A stretch of DNA of 64,000 nucleotides, taken from Parasitella parasitica NRRL 2501. Lineage: Eukaryota > Fungi > Mucoromycota. Below are positions 1 through 13,510 of this stretch, piece after piece (positions within the stretch are counted from its first letter, which is position 1; every line of letters begins with the position of its first letter). Under the pieces are notes generated by a model. The model had not been told where the DNA came from. It searched no databases and saw nothing but the letters and a program-made list of their open reading frames with translations. The stretch is from contig MU619258.1 of the NCBI GenBank assembly GCA_025201805.1, forward strand, positions 62,001 to 126,000, given 5' to 3'. The position numbers and the translations under genes are program-made.

Positions 1-88
1 TCTCGTTTTTATTTCCTATTCTTTCCATCTTTTTTGGTTTTTTTTTTTTTTTTTTTTTGCTGAATCCAACTAGACCAAATTATACAAA

Positions 89-1464
89 ATGTCTCTGGAA
101 CTTGATAATTTAGACAAGAAAACTAATGATTTCCAAGAAGGACCCATTACATTTGAAGCTTATAGCGGTAAATTGAATACACAGACCAAAAAGATGTTGC
201 AGATATTAATTGTTACCATGTAGAGGCAGATGTAGATTTTTCCGATGAAGGACTGGTGGACATTGACAGAAGCCACGCAGGCTCATCATTTCTCGCATAT
301 TTTAATGTGGTTTGCGTGGTAGCAGGCACTGGTACTCTTGGGCTTCCTTACGCTCTTCGTTTAGGTGGTTGGATTGGCATTTTCATCCTAGTTTTGGCAT
401 GGACCATGTCAGTTTATACCGGTATTCTGCTCATCAGATGCCTGTATGCGAATGGTAAGCGTCGCCTGTCTACCTACAAGGAAATAGCTACCACATGTTT
501 TGGTATCATCGGCGGCTGGATCACTTTTTTCTTCAATGCTTGGATTCTTTTGGGCGCTCCTATTCTATATATCGTTCTTTCTGGCGCAAATTTGAATGAA
601 CTTTGCAAAGGCACTGCTGGCGAGATCGGCACTTTGCCTTGGAGCATCATTTCTTGTGTTATTGTTGCTGTTCCTTTCATCCTTGTAAAGTCAATGAAGG
701 AAGTAGCTTGGATGAGTGCGCTGGGCGCTGTTGCCACTCTCGTCGTTGTTATCATATGCTTGGTTGTCGAATGCATTGATAGGAAGACTTTAGGCGATGT
801 ACATCATGATGCAGTCATTTGGCCTCAGTTTCCTATTGCTTTGAGCACCATCTCCTTCTCATTTGGTGGCAACGTTGTTTATCCTCACGTCGAGGCATCG
901 ATGAAGAGGCCTAAAGATTGGCCAAAGGTGGTTGCTGCTGGCTTGAGCACCTGCGCTGTCTTGTATTTCCTTTCTGCTGTCCCGGGTTATCTAGTTTATG
1001 GCGACACTGTCAAATCTCCTGTCTATGAATCCATCAGCGATGGTGTCCCCAAAATCATTGCCATTGTTGTCATGACTTTCCACGTGCTTACAGCCACTCC
1101 TATTTTGCTTACTTCGTTTGCTTTAGATGTGGAGGAAATGCTCAATGTTACAGTTGAACGTTTTGGTAGACTCAAGGAGTTTTTGATTCGTGCTTCTCTT
1201 CGAATTGTAACAGTCGTTTTTGTGGGTGTCATTGGCGCTGTTATTCCTCACTTTGATGACTTGATGTCCTTGATCGGTTCGTTTGCAAACTGTGGTTTGA
1301 TTTTTATCTTTCCCATCGTATTTTATTTCAGGCTTACGGGATTTAGAAACAAGCCAATTTATGAAATCGCTTGGTGCTGCCTCACTATTTTAATGGGTCT
1401 CGTTGGTCTCATTTTTGGTACCATTTCATCCATTGAAAATCTTATTGCTGATTTCAAGAGCTAA
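89..1464 (+). CDS. Amino-acid transporter, Aa_trans/AVT (AAAP) family; 2 exons (89-167, 224-1464)
   Basis: N-terminal motif NVVCVVAGTGTLGLPYAL..GGW and SFSFGGNVVYPHVEASMKRP; about 11 hydrophobic segments. ATG 89 joins the long ORF in frame via a GT-AG intron at 168-223. Confidence 0.9.
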
Positions 1465-2211
1465 TCAAGTCATACCTTATTCAATCTGTAAATAACATTG
1501 TACGCTGTACATAGAATATCACTTCATCATTTTCTTGATATATAAAAACACATGCAATACACCAAAATTCACTTTGATTTATTTGCAGTTGGATGCTTCT
1601 AATCGAGATGTGATACTTGCGCATACTTTTTATGTTTATACCAACGAAAAAAAAGCTAATAAACAAGTACACATTGTTATACAAAAACAAAAGTTGGCTA
1701 TAGACCACGGCCTGTTTCGATATTGGTATATCAATTATAAATTTGAAAGCTGCTTTTCTATTTTGTGCAACTTGTAAATCATTATCCCGATCAAGAAAAA
1801 GGGTTTAGACTTGTCTGCTGTTTTCCGAAGATTTCGTGCCGTTTGAGCATGCATATGACACACTCAATAGTAAGCTTACAACCTTGGCATACAAGTGTAT
1901 ACATTTGAATATTTTCTGCCCATCTTGTATGACATATAAGCAGTAAGGTCTAACGTATGTCTTGGTTTTGCTTGATATGCTTCTCTTATTTATGGTGGCT
2001 TCTCAATTTTAGTCGATAGTGTCACAAATTAAAGGGAACAATTAGTAGAAATTATTTTTGAATGTTGATATACAAAATTCTTCCGTAAGACATCGAAAAA
2101 TGTACTCTATAATTGCTTGGTTAATTATCTATAATAACTATAATACCCTGCATAATAGAACATTCGTCTATGTTTATTGAAATGGATACGGAATATCATG
2201 CTAACTTAGTG

Positions 2212-3109
2212 TTAAGGGTTGAAAGGGCACTTTCCAGAAGCAGCGGCTTGTTCAGAATTGGCAAAATCACCCTTTTTATTTTTTGACATTTGCCTCATCA
2301 TGTCTTGAGGGTCGTAAAAGGTCTCGAGTTGTTCAATCTCAAACTTTTCGTTGACCTTGGCAACGGTGACGCCGTAGATCTTGACAACTTCGTTGGTAGC
2401 ATGTGCCTCTAACTTTTGACCATTTCCCACCTTAACGGATAAGTCTCCAGTCATAGTGCCCCAATGAGCCCATTTGAAGGCGACTACAGGGGGCCCACTG
2501 TAGACTTGAATAACTTCCCAGGAAAATGTTCGAAGAGCTCTTTTGAAAAGCTTGTGAGATTCACTGAAATCCATCTCGCTGGCTTTGTAGAGCTCTGTGT
2601 CACCGATAAGAGCATTGTATGTGCCCAGCTATTGCTCTTCCATTAACACAACGTTCCTCACTTTAAAGTACAACAATATACCTTGAGCATCTCTTCGGCA
2701 TTGTTCCATTCCTTTCCGTTCACTGAGAAGCGATACTTGGAAGCATCAATAGTACGAATTTGATCAGCACGGAGTTTATATGACATTTCCTTTTCCCAAT
2801 TCTACAATTGTGCATGTGGAATCAGTGAAATGTTGCACAAATTTGAGATGACCTGGGTATAAACAACTTACTTTGACAAGGTTTGAGACAAGCCATTCAA
2901 GGGATCCTTCGGCGTGAGTGCAAGACTTTTCTAAACATGGAAAAGCATGAGCATATCATCCATGCAGGCATATGTTACTGCCATATACCTAATTCATATG
3001 CTGCGTTGACTTTGTTGTAGTCAGGGATACGATTATAGCGCCATTCATGGTCCTTGTCATTGAGGACAGCGTTAGGATTGGTCATGAAATCAGGGAGATC
3101 GCCAGCCAT
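2212..3109 (-). CDS. Pathogen-related protein (plant PRP-like, SnoaL/NTF2-like fold); multi-exon
   Basis: Spliced translation MAGDLPDFMTNPNAVLND..EWRYNRIPDYNKVN ... WLVSNLVK|NWEKEMSYK ... F.ESHKLFKRALRTFSWEVIQVYSGPPVVAFKWAHWG, which fits this family as I recall it. Confidence 0.8.
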
Positions 3110-3902
3110 TGTGTCAAAGGAAAAATGTAGGAAAAAGAAACAAAGAATCTCATGCCTTTACAGATCTCAACTTTTTATAATCGATATTTTTACGATAACC
3201 GCTTATATTTACTTGCAGAATTCAGGTCAGCCCACCCCCCACTCCAATCTTCTGTTTTCAATGTACCACAATACAAATGTCTTATAAATACCATACAACA
3301 GAAGGATGCAGCATTAAAAGACATTAATAATAAGGTAAATTGCCAAAAGTTTATAAAAACCAACTTCTGACAAGTTTGAATAAATCCTAGACAATATATT
3401 GGATGCTTTTAAATGTTTGTAGATAATTTTTGCAGAATATAAACGATTCTCGCTACTAATAACTTTGAGCTGCTTTTTTTGATTCCATTTGAGTAAAAAT
3501 TATCAAAGAAACAAAGGTTTCATCTCTTGTGATGATAACTAGATTTTGATAGTCAACCGCTTGCTTCCTCGACATATGAGGAAATGTATAATTCAAACTA
3601 CATAAAGCAAGCGGCGTATATAAAGAACACTGTGAATGTATTTAGTATACAGGTTTCATACATTGACATTGTACATCTTCACAAAATGCAAGAGCAATAA
3701 TGAATAAATGCCCTTTTTGTATCATAGATTTGGCATTTTATATTATTGATATTTATTTACAATACAATTTTTGTTTTATTTCCCTCATATGTAGGTGAGT
3801 GAGTAAGTGAGTTTGTTACGTTTGTATGAGTATAATGTACATCCAACAAGGATGAAAAAATAGCATCCAGTCATTCAATTTTCGGCTACCATAAGTATCA
3901 AT

Positions 3903-4346
3903 TTATATAGCTTTATCAGTAGCCTTGTATGTGTAATCCCAACCCTGTGTAGATGGTGTTTCTGTGGGGATCTTTGCTTGCTTGGGATATGTAATGTGTC
4001 GGCTTTTGACAAGAGCACCCTTATATAATCTCTCGCTGGTCTTTTCTAATTCTGTCATGGCTGCATTCATGACTCTAAATTGACGTTCAAGAGAACGTTC
4101 TCTTTGCTCTCTGCTACGCATTTTGTGAAGTTTCCAAGCACGTTCGATAGTTTCATGTTGTTCTAATGCTTCGCCTTCTAATTGAATCGGCTGTTCTCTA
4201 CGTGCAGGTTCAAATAATACACGTCGAATAACTTCAAGACGAGTATCACCTCCAGGAGCAGCTGATCCAGAGGTTGACGATAATCTGCTTTGTAAAAGTG
4301 AATAGGTGGCCCTCCTAGCGTTGTTCGAGCTGCGTACAATATTCAT
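3903..4346 (-). CDS. MRPL28: Mitochondrial large ribosomal subunit protein mL40 (yeast MRPL28-like)
   Basis: HETIERAWKL...LERQFRVMNAAMTELEK...YP....IPTETP...W motif. Arg/Ser-rich presequence begins at ATG 4346; the ORF-track extension upstream runs through a poly-T tract. Confidence 0.85.
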   Translation of the reverse strand: MNIVRSSNNARRATYSLLQSRLSSTSGSAAPGGDTRLEVIRRVLFEPARREQPIQLEGEALEQHETIERAWKLHKMRSREQRERSLERQFRVMNAAMTELEKTSERLYKGALVKSRHITYPKQAKIPTETPSTQGWDYTYKATDKAI

Positions 4347-4662
4347 AATAAGTTTTTCAATGAAAAAAAAAAAAAAGGCAGGATACCCCAAGTCAAAAGG
4401 GTCAAAACCATTATCCCCTTGGATTGTAAGCCCTGGTCTCCGCTTAACTGACATAAGCCACTGTCATTATTTACTTTCTGTTCGATAGTGCATTCCATCA
4501 TCTGTCAAATCAATGTGGTTGCCATGACAAAAAAAGTTATACTTGTGCATAAGTCATCATCTCCTTGCTATATTGCTTTATTATATTTAAAGGTATATTA
4601 CACTAATCTAACAATAACATTCAAAAAAGCATAAGGCTATATATATATATATATTATATATT

Positions 4663-5638
4663 TCATCTTGTATCAGCATTTGTGGTGTTTTGACCTCCAG
4701 AGTTCGATTGAAATACTCCTACTGATGTACTCTCTTCCGTATTATTTATGTAATCTGGAGGAGGTCGAGAAGGTTCAAGCTCATTATGCTCATATGCAGG
4801 CGGTAATGAATGTGGAGATGCCTGTATTCGAAGAGATATATAATTTGATCTGTTACCAGGAGCTTGTTGCATTTCAGGACCGATATCAAGGACGATATCC
4901 GTCATAGATGTATGATAAGCAGGCAGGATTTCCCCATCTTGAGCAAGTTCGTTTTCAGTATCAATTTGAATTATATCGATGATAAAATTTATATGATATC
5001 TTGATAATGGTGGTCTCAAATGCAATGAATTAGCTGTGTCACCGTCTCTTAATCGTCTAAGGCCCCATTTTACTTGTCTGGTGACATCTAACGAATTTAA
5101 TTCTTTCAGGCAACTTTGCAATGATTCATAATACTATTCATTGAAACAAAAAAAACAAAAAAATTGCTGATTAAACTTCTAGATTTAAGATATGCAAAGA
5201 TTTGTAATTTCACCTTTGTCAACCTCGAGTAGTATGTATTTCTTCTTCTGGTTGTTATAACGCCAATCATGATTGGCATGACTAAAATTATCAACGGATA
5301 CCACATGGATATATTTGCTGCTCGAGCAACGACAGAGAAAGCAGCAGCTATGACTACCAATAGGATAGCAGCAAGAAAAAGGTATGTATCAGTCCAAACA
5401 TGCGGATATTCCTTATAGACATGTTCATCAATTGTTTTTAATCTAGTGAGAAACACATCCTCAGGCATCTAAAAATATCAGGCCGAATTAATATACAAAC
5501 AAAGAGAAATAAAGCTGTGTATTTTTTTTTTTTTTTTTTTACATATTCTACTAGTTGAGCATATTGGCTATGATTGATATGATACAATTTTGATCTGTTC
5601 CAGCGTCGAATTAATAGCGGGAATGAGGCCAATGTCAT
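4663..5638 (-). CDS. Uncharacterised two-TM membrane protein with C-terminal PY motifs; 3 exons
   Basis: Three adjacent minus-strand ORF pieces separated by GT-AG introns; two hydrophobic helices; LPAY, PPAY and PPDY in the tail. Confidence 0.65.
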
Positions 5639-5910
5639 TGTATACCGTCTTATCTTGAGAAATATATTTATCAAAGAAGAAAAGCGAGAGTGGGAGAGAA
5701 ATATACACGCACAAGATACACAAAAGTGCAAAAACAAGTTACTTTATTAGTACAAGTGTGGGTATACATTGATTGTGTTAACAAAAAAACTCGGATATTT
5801 TATCACTATGTAAACACTATATAGTAACTGAATCTGCCTCCATGTTTGTTTACAGCTCCTTTCTCTCATTTAGCCCATTAATAAGCCCTTTCCTATCGTT
5901 TCAATTGATC

Positions 5911-6441
5911 ATGGCACTTCCTGAACTTGACTATAACAATTCAAAAACAATTCGATTCTCGTTGGCTTCCTGTGTAACTGACGATAGTGTGGATTCGACC
6001 GCCTTGGCAACACCACTGGATCAATCTCCTCCTCCTCCTCCTTCAAACACGTTTTCAATCATCAACATTGTTAATGACGACCCTTTGCCAAATTTAAACA
6101 GCTATCCAGCAATTGCATCAACCTACATGTCCAGACGTCGTCGTGCTCAAACTTCCCCTAGACCAGTTCCAACATCTATTTTTCAACCGATGCCTCCTCA
6201 GCAGCCTACCATGGTCCATACGCCAACACGTCAGGCTGATAGCAATGACTCTGGATCAAAAATAAGCAAATTTTGGCCAAAAATTAAAAGAATTATCATG
6301 TCTAACAACAATAACACAGAAGAATTACTGGAATCTATGCATCTCGACATCACAAAATCAGAGTCTTCCAAAAAATCATCAATACAAACTAGCAGACGTT
6401 GGCTCAGTAGAAACAAATCAAGAGTTGGCCCACAACGATAA
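5911..6441 (+). CDS. Hypothetical low-complexity Pro/Ser-rich protein
   Basis: Uninterrupted ORF of about 176 codons with coding-like composition in AT-rich flanks; no recognised domain. Confidence 0.55.
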   Translation: MALPELDYNNSKTIRFSLASCVTDDSVDSTALATPLDQSPPPPPSNTFSIINIVNDDPLPNLNSYPAIASTYMSRRRRAQTSPRPVPTSIFQPMPPQQPTMVHTPTRQADSNDSGSKISKFWPKIKRIIMSNNNNTEELLESMHLDITKSESSKKSSIQTSRRWLSRNKSRVGPQR

Positions 6442-7797
6442 ACATACCAAAGACGCGCACACCTACACACATGTAAAAATCATTTTAATTATATCTAATA
6501 AATAATACATGGTCATAAAACATTCTTCTTGTAATTTTCTTTTAGAGTTTTTATGATTATATAATAAAGGGTTTGTGGATCTTGAGGACGGGAACGCGTA
6601 AGAAACGACATTGTTACGGTATCTTACGAACTTAATGTCCGCTTGAACATTTCCGATTATTGTTCACAATCTGAAGATCCATAACAAAGCAACTCTCCGA
6701 GTGAAATCAATAAAATCCTTACTTTTCCCAAATTGTGGTTAAAAACATTAATAATTTCATGCCATTTATATTAATGAAATGCTACAAAAGTATTTCTTCC
6801 AAATATTTATTACATTTTTATTAGTTTGGTTTGGTTTGCGTGGGTGTGTATTCATTAATTTTTTTCGATTTAAAAGCTTTGTTTTGTCGTAAAACACAAC
6901 ATTCACTTGAGTTTTCCAAGCCACTTGGTAGAGAAATTTTTGTGCGGATCATGCGACTGATGAGCATGCTTCCAAATGTGTGCGTTCGTGACATTATACT
7001 TGATTATAATTTCATTTTAATATATACGAACTAGAAGTTGACATATTGTATGAATAGAAAGCTTTGATATTTGAAGTTGTAAAACAGCGATCAATGTAAA
7101 GGTGATATTCATCTAGTCTAGGAACTGTAAAACTATGAGATGAAAGCTGAAGAGGGTACACGCTTATTACTGCTTTCTGTATCTTGGTGCTTTGATCATG
7201 AAGCCAAATTCTTTAAAGAATATTTGTGCAAATACAAGTTGAATTAAAATCTGATCTCTTAATAACCTCAAAAGCCAATATTCGTCTTTCCACAATTTTC
7301 TTTAAAACGAGCAAAACCAAAGAATTGTCTGATCAGAAACTTGTAAATCATGCAATTGTCGACCAAGGATTCCAGAAGAAAAGACGTGCAAGATGGTATC
7401 ATTAATAAATCTATTGCAGCGTACAGTGCTGGTCAGTGTGCAATGTTTATAATGACATGTGATTTTGGTACACACAAAAAAGAAACATTCCTTCTTGATA
7501 CGTGTAAATCGGCTTGCAATTTACCTATAAATGTGTTTGTATATATTTACTTGACCGGGTCATAGCTTGGTGTGATGATACAATTGAAACTAAATGGATT
7601 AAATGTTTGTTGTTGCATTTGTTTAAATGTATCAGCTTCCCATAAGTAATTTGCAATGTGCATAAATGGTGTACAAGATAGCAAGTCATTCTCTTCGCAT
7701 CGATTTCTGGTTTCTCTCCTATAATTAAGGCCTGTTTGTTATTCTCCTCTAAATCCATCTTTTCCCCTTCTTCTTCTTCTCTTACATTAACAAAAAA

Positions 7798-9575
7798 ATG
7801 AGCAAAAGATCGTCTAGTAAGTATAGTGCGCATGTATACATGGCCGAGGGCTTGCTTAATTTAAGTGTGCGGTAAACGTGATAGTCAACAAAACCATCAC
7901 TACAGAGGGCAAGCAGCCGTCGTCTCTGTTTAGAACAAACGAGGAATCCGTAAGTGTCGTTGGCCATCAAGGTGTTGGTCTAATGTCAACTCACAACACA
8001 TACAGAGTATCCAAAAACATGCCAAATTCTGGGACAAGACCAACAAGGGTTACATTTCTCCACTTGACACTATATCTGGTATGTTGTTGAACACAAATTA
8101 GCTTTAATTAAAACATGACACACACGCTAAAGTCTTGATTAAGGTTTCATGACACTCGGCTACAGCGTTTTGTTTAGTATTGCTCTGGGTGCCTTTGTCG
8201 GTGTCTTTTTGTCGCTTTCAACTCAAACTGGATGGTTTCCAGATCCGTTATGCCGCTCGAGTGTTAGGAATTTAATTCGGTCCAAGCAGCAAACTCAAAG
8301 CAATTGCGGTGCATTTGATGATGATGGCATCTTCAACCCTGAGAAATTCGAGATTTTATTTAGCAAATACGCCAAATCAGACAAGTCCGGTGAAACAATC
8401 ACTATTCCCGAGCTGATGAAGATGACCCAAGAACAAGAAAAATTAGGCAAAAATGTCAAAGCATGGTTCGTGTTACTTTGCTATTTATATCCCTATATGC
8501 ACACGCACATGTTAGCTCATTTTGTTTATATTTCTTATTATGTATGTAGGGCAACAAGCGTGGTAGAGTTATGCGCAGCTTATTTCTTTATTGGACATCG
8601 TGGTAGTATCAGCAAAGACGACGTTCGTTCAGCGTACGATGTGAGTGAGCCATATATAGTGTGTGGGTCCCTGAATATCTTTTAACAACACACCTCTTTA
8701 GGGCTCCTTATTTTATCGACTCAAGGACAATCACAAATTGATGATTCAGGACAAGAAGCAAGCACTCAGTTTGAAAGGGTCTTACCTTTCAAAGCCTTCT
8801 GGCCCTCTGAGTGTTAAGGCACTCGAACACAAGATGCGAGTATTGTTCAGCTCATTGCAGTCGAATTCTTCCATTGCTGCCGAATACGGTGTCCATGATT
8901 GGGTGTCCTATATTCAAGAGAGGACCACCTCAATCAAGGAACATGCTCTTCCACGTGCTTTGAGACGCCCAACTTCCATCATTAATGGCGTAACTACACC
9001 CAAGTCCTCCGTGTACCGATCTAGCAAGCAACATGATGACCCTTCAAAGCTGTTTCCCGATGGCCTAACAGGGGTTGCCAAGGCAACATCTGAAGCTGCT
9101 ATTATGGGCACCGAGTTCTTGAGCTCACTTTTACGTCATGGAACAGATCCATCAGATAGTAAAGAAAAAGGCATGCATGGCATCTTTGGTGACGATAGTG
9201 GCGACATTCAGATTGAGCATCATGAACCTATTCTTTTTGGCAACGATATGACAACTGAAGCCAGCCAGCAAGAGCCTACTCCAAAGAGTTCTGTATCCTC
9301 AGAGTCCTCTTCGTCTAAGAACAAGGAATCTCTGATGAATGGATTTTTGAAGAGTAACGATGCCAATTCTCACGAATGGCTTGCTGCGGGCTTGACTGGC
9401 GTCCAACAGCAACAGCAGCTGCAACAAGCAGAGCCTGAAAACATTAAAAAGACATCCAACATTCCTGTTGAGCAGCCGCAAGAGCCTAAACAAACAACAC
9501 AAGACCAGCAAAAACAACAACAACAACAACAGCAACAGCAACAGCAACAGCACCAGCAGCAGCAACAACAACAGC

Positions 9576-9606
<31 letters not shown>

Positions 9607-9757
9607 TGAGAAAATTCCAAAAGCAACCCTTACGCCTCCACCCGAGGAAAAGATACGCACAATGGATGATAAGAGCAGCGGTATCAAAATAGCTGCAGCC
9701 CCTCCAGCAACCACAAACAGCAATAAAAAGGTAAAGAAAACTAAAAAGACCAAGTAG
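7798..9757 (+). CDS. Caleosin-domain protein with long disordered polyQ C-terminal tail; about 6 exons
   Basis: Spliced: SIQKHAKFWDKTNKGYISPLDTISGFMTLGY (His + EF-hand-like), hydrophobic helix, TGWFPDPL (proline knot), GAFDDDGIFNPEKFEILFSKYA, ISKDDVRSAYDGSLFY. Exact 3' end uncertain. Confidence 0.8.
9513..9605 (+). repeat. (CAA/CAG)n coding trinucleotide repeat (polyQ)
   Basis: About 30 Gln codons with one His interruption, seen directly. Confidence 0.95.
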
Positions 9758-9936
9758 GGACAAGTTTCACCTACCAGTAGTAGTGATTCTTATAACTATC
9801 CAGAAAAGACATCTTCTAACACTAACGATTTACCTTGGGCCACAGCTGGCCAAGTAGTAGTTTGCAAGATATCTGTCTTTCTGGCTTTATATACATTTAC
9901 ATGGTTTTTATTTCTGCTCAATAATAAACACGCTCT

Positions 9937-12900
9937 TTACTTTTTATTACGGCGATGTTGTAGGAAATGAGGGAAAAACTATTAAGAACGGTGAATCCTA
10001 TTAGTCAATGTAAACAAACAAGCATGCAAGTGGTTATACCTTTTTTTTGGTTGTAGATGGTGTGTCCGCAAAGAAGGCATTCTTTTCGTCCTTTCCGCCC
10101 TTGTTCATCTGCTGCAGGGTGGGAGGCAACGAAGATTTGCTACTATTCATCAAATGATTTCGTCTGCGTCCTGGCGTACCTATTTGGCCTAATTTCTCAA
10201 CCATCTTCCCAAAGAAGCGAGCGGGGCGTGCTGACGATAAGCTTAATGAACTTGCTGAGGGTTGCAACAGTCCGGCTGTTTTTGCTGTAGATGACGATGA
10301 TGCTGATAATGATGGTGTGGAATTGAAAGTGCTACTTTTTAGTTGTTGCTGTTGTTGCTGCAGATGGTGGTGGTGGTTGTGGTGGTGATGTTGCTCGCTG
10401 TCATAAACACTGGATTTGGCCGAATTGATGGACGAATTACGCTGTGCCAGTCTAAAAATTATCGAATCTGTGTTGCCATTGAGTCTATTTTGGCTTAACG
10501 AGGGTCTGCGGCTGCTGTTTCCGCTCGGACAGCTTTCACTAAATGTCGTCGAGGGTGAATAAAAGATAGGTGATACCGTAGTGGCGTCCTGGCTGGCTTC
10601 TTTTTCGGTAGGCTTCGTTAATGAGATGATGGAGGACGGATAAAGATTTGCGTTCGAAAAGGGCTTTCTATGTTTAGACGACCCATTTCTTGACATGCTG
10701 TTGGCTCGTGCTGTTAAAATAGGCGTTGTGCATACATCGTCAAACTTGGTGTCCACTGACTTGCATCGAGTGTGGTATTGATTGAATTTCCTCTGCGTCC
10801 ACTTCTCAGAGACAACGCTGTTGGTAAAGAACTCGCGCAGATCGCTTATACTGGACTGCGACTGTAGGCCAGGAGATGTCGCCCCTAGGACAGTGCCATT
10901 GGATGCGTTGGTTAGGTCCAGCATAGGGAACTCCTGCGTGCTGAACACTGGATGGGATGCGCGATTATCGGATTTTGAAGGCTTGTTGAAGATGGCAGAC
11001 TGAGAGAAACTTGTCGATCCGTTGGGGATAGGAAAGTGCACAGGAATATCCATCGTGGATGATACTTCAATTGCCCTGTCTTGTGTTAGCTTTGGCTGGG
11101 CGTATTGATCAAAACTAGACACAAATAGCTGCTCCAGCAGGTACTCATTTGAATCAAAACTGTTTGAGTAAAGCTCTTTTGACTCTTTGATAGCTGTCGA
11201 CAGAGCATCCATCCAAATCTGCTTTTCCATTTCGCATATAGCGCTCAACTCCAAAGAGTGCTCGTCATTGTATAATGACCATGAATAAGTCATTGAGCCT
11301 AATGCATTTTCCGTTAAAAATTTGTGTTGGACCCTGCTCATCTTTAACATCTCACCTTCTACGGTAGGCTTGTTCTCAATGTCAAATTTTCGTAGCGGGA
11401 ACCAGTATCTGGGCTCATACTGCTTGTGCTTTTTCGCCTTTGCCATGATCATGTAATGGTTGAATAAAGCGCATCCGATTCTCTTTGCCTTGCTATCGCC
11501 TTTACAACGCACTTCCAGAGTGCCAATCAGTGTGCAAATACCCAATGTGCTAAACCATCGTTTGGGGAGACACCAGTCAGAGTCGAGCCTTGATAGAAAG
11601 AGTGCCGTCTTACGCTTGGCTTCCATTTTCGACTTTTCGTTGTTGATTTTAGTCGCGATGCTGTGGATCGTATTTTGAGCTTCAGACAGTATCTGGTACT
11701 CTTCAGAATCTTTTTGCGTTGCCTTGGTGATGCTTTGCAACAGCAATCTATACCTAAATATTCTTTGAAAAGGCTATATAAAATTAAGAAATGATCAGTA
11801 TAATATACGATTAGTGTGAATGTCAACTTACAATGATCAAGTAGTCATCAAACTTGAGTCGACTAAACCCAAATGACACACGATGAAATGTATGCAGGCG
11901 CTCAATCAGATTTGTAAACTCGACGTTTGTTTGCAATAGTTCGTTGTAAACAGAAACGGCATGATCTTGACGCACACAATAGTCGAGGTAGATGTCGAAT
12001 TTTGGAGCCCAAGCGACAAAACAGGAAGCAATGTTCTTTAGGTTGCCCTTGTAGAATATGCCGTTCTTTTCTTCTTCCTCGTCTCCGTGCGCTTCAATCA
12101 ATGCCTCGGTGAACTTTTCTTGAAACCCTAATATTTCCATAGAATTTCGTACCAAAATATCGCTTTCTTCAGCAGTAATGCACGGTGCTTCTTTGATGAT
12201 GGCCAAAAAATGCTATATCCGTATCAGGTCAGTCAGTATATTCAAGATATAGGCGATGTACAACATAAACTTACAGTGCAGAGAATACCAAGATCGCGGC
12301 TGTAAGTTTCTTCAGTTTCCATCAGCTCCTTCACAGCATTTAATCTCTTTATAGACCGTCTTTGCTCCAAAGACCTGATTTCGTTTTTTTTGGTAGTCTC
12401 CTGCTGGTGCGTCAAATCAACCATGCTCATATTGTGAGGTAGCTTGTTCGACTCTATGCTTTGTTGATCATCAGCACTCATGAAAAGTTCATCAGTACTC
12501 TCCATTTCTTCTTCCATCGTAATGAATCGGTTCTGCTGGTTGTCATAGGAGTGGTTGTTTGAAATGGCCGTGTTTGTCAAGTCAACGCCATACGGTTCCT
12601 TTTGCTCTGAATTTGGTAGTTGTGCTGTTGAGTGGTCGGAAATTATTTTGTGATCATAATGTGTAGCGTTTTTCTTCAGAGCCGAATGCGAAGTTGGCGA
12701 CGGTGGAGGCGGAGGCCCCTCATTAGAAGCAACTGCTTGCAGTGGCTGATGAGACGATATTGAATCATTAGAGGTTGTAACAGCAGTGACAGCAGCAGTG
12801 GCAGTTTTCTTTGGGTGGCGAGAGACAGAAGCAGCGCTAGTGGATACTACCAACTTTGTGTTTTTGATTGACTTTCTCGATATAGACTCGCCTGGTGCTA

Positions 12901-13510
12901 CTGTCGAAGAGTAGTATTCTGACATGGCTAGGTCGGGAACACTATGACGCTTGCTCTTTATTTTTGCTACTGCTACAGCTGGTGAATCTTCGCCTTCTGT
13001 TGAGGTGACTGAAGAAGGAGATCGAAGCAGATCTGATACAGGATTTCTTTCAGCTGGAACAATGGCAGAGGAGCCAGGTGTGTCTGATGTATGTGTGTCA
13101 ATAGAAACTGCTTTGCTTATCAGTGTCAATTCGCCGGTAGATTGTCGAAATTGATGATGGTGTCCTCCATCTTCAAAAAGTGAGGATGTCTCGGAATTTA
13201 AATCACTGGAATCAGATATGTAGTCTCTGTACATGATTCCAGAATTTAATTTATGACTTAAGGCTGCATTGGATAATACATTAGCTGCAATCGCAGCTTG
13301 TTTGTCAATGTCCTCGTTGGATGCTCGTAGAGGTTCGGGTAACGTGAGAGCAGTAACGTTGGATTTATGGTGATGATAAATTGTTGCTGCCCTACTTCCT
13401 TCATCTTCTGATGATGAGGAATCTGGAGAAAAATTTAAATTGTTGTTGTTGTTGTTGCTTTCAGAAGCCAAATACTCGGTCGGTTTACTGAGGAGAGCAG
13501 CATCTGTCAT
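9937..13510 (-). CDS. Rho guanine nucleotide exchange factor (DH-PH); 4 exons
   Basis: RLNAVKELMETEETYSRDL (DH start), FDIYLDYC, LKFDDYLI|IPFQRIFRY.LLLQSITKAT, ATKINNEK, then a PH-like region (CALFNHYMIMAK...EKQIWMDAL). A short last exon to 9937 is inferred; the alternative stop is at 10034. Confidence 0.88.

Noticed and set aside
9299-9763. Poly-Leu, poly-Cys and poly-Asn ORFs
   Set aside because: Alternative frames of the CAA/CAG polyQ repeat.
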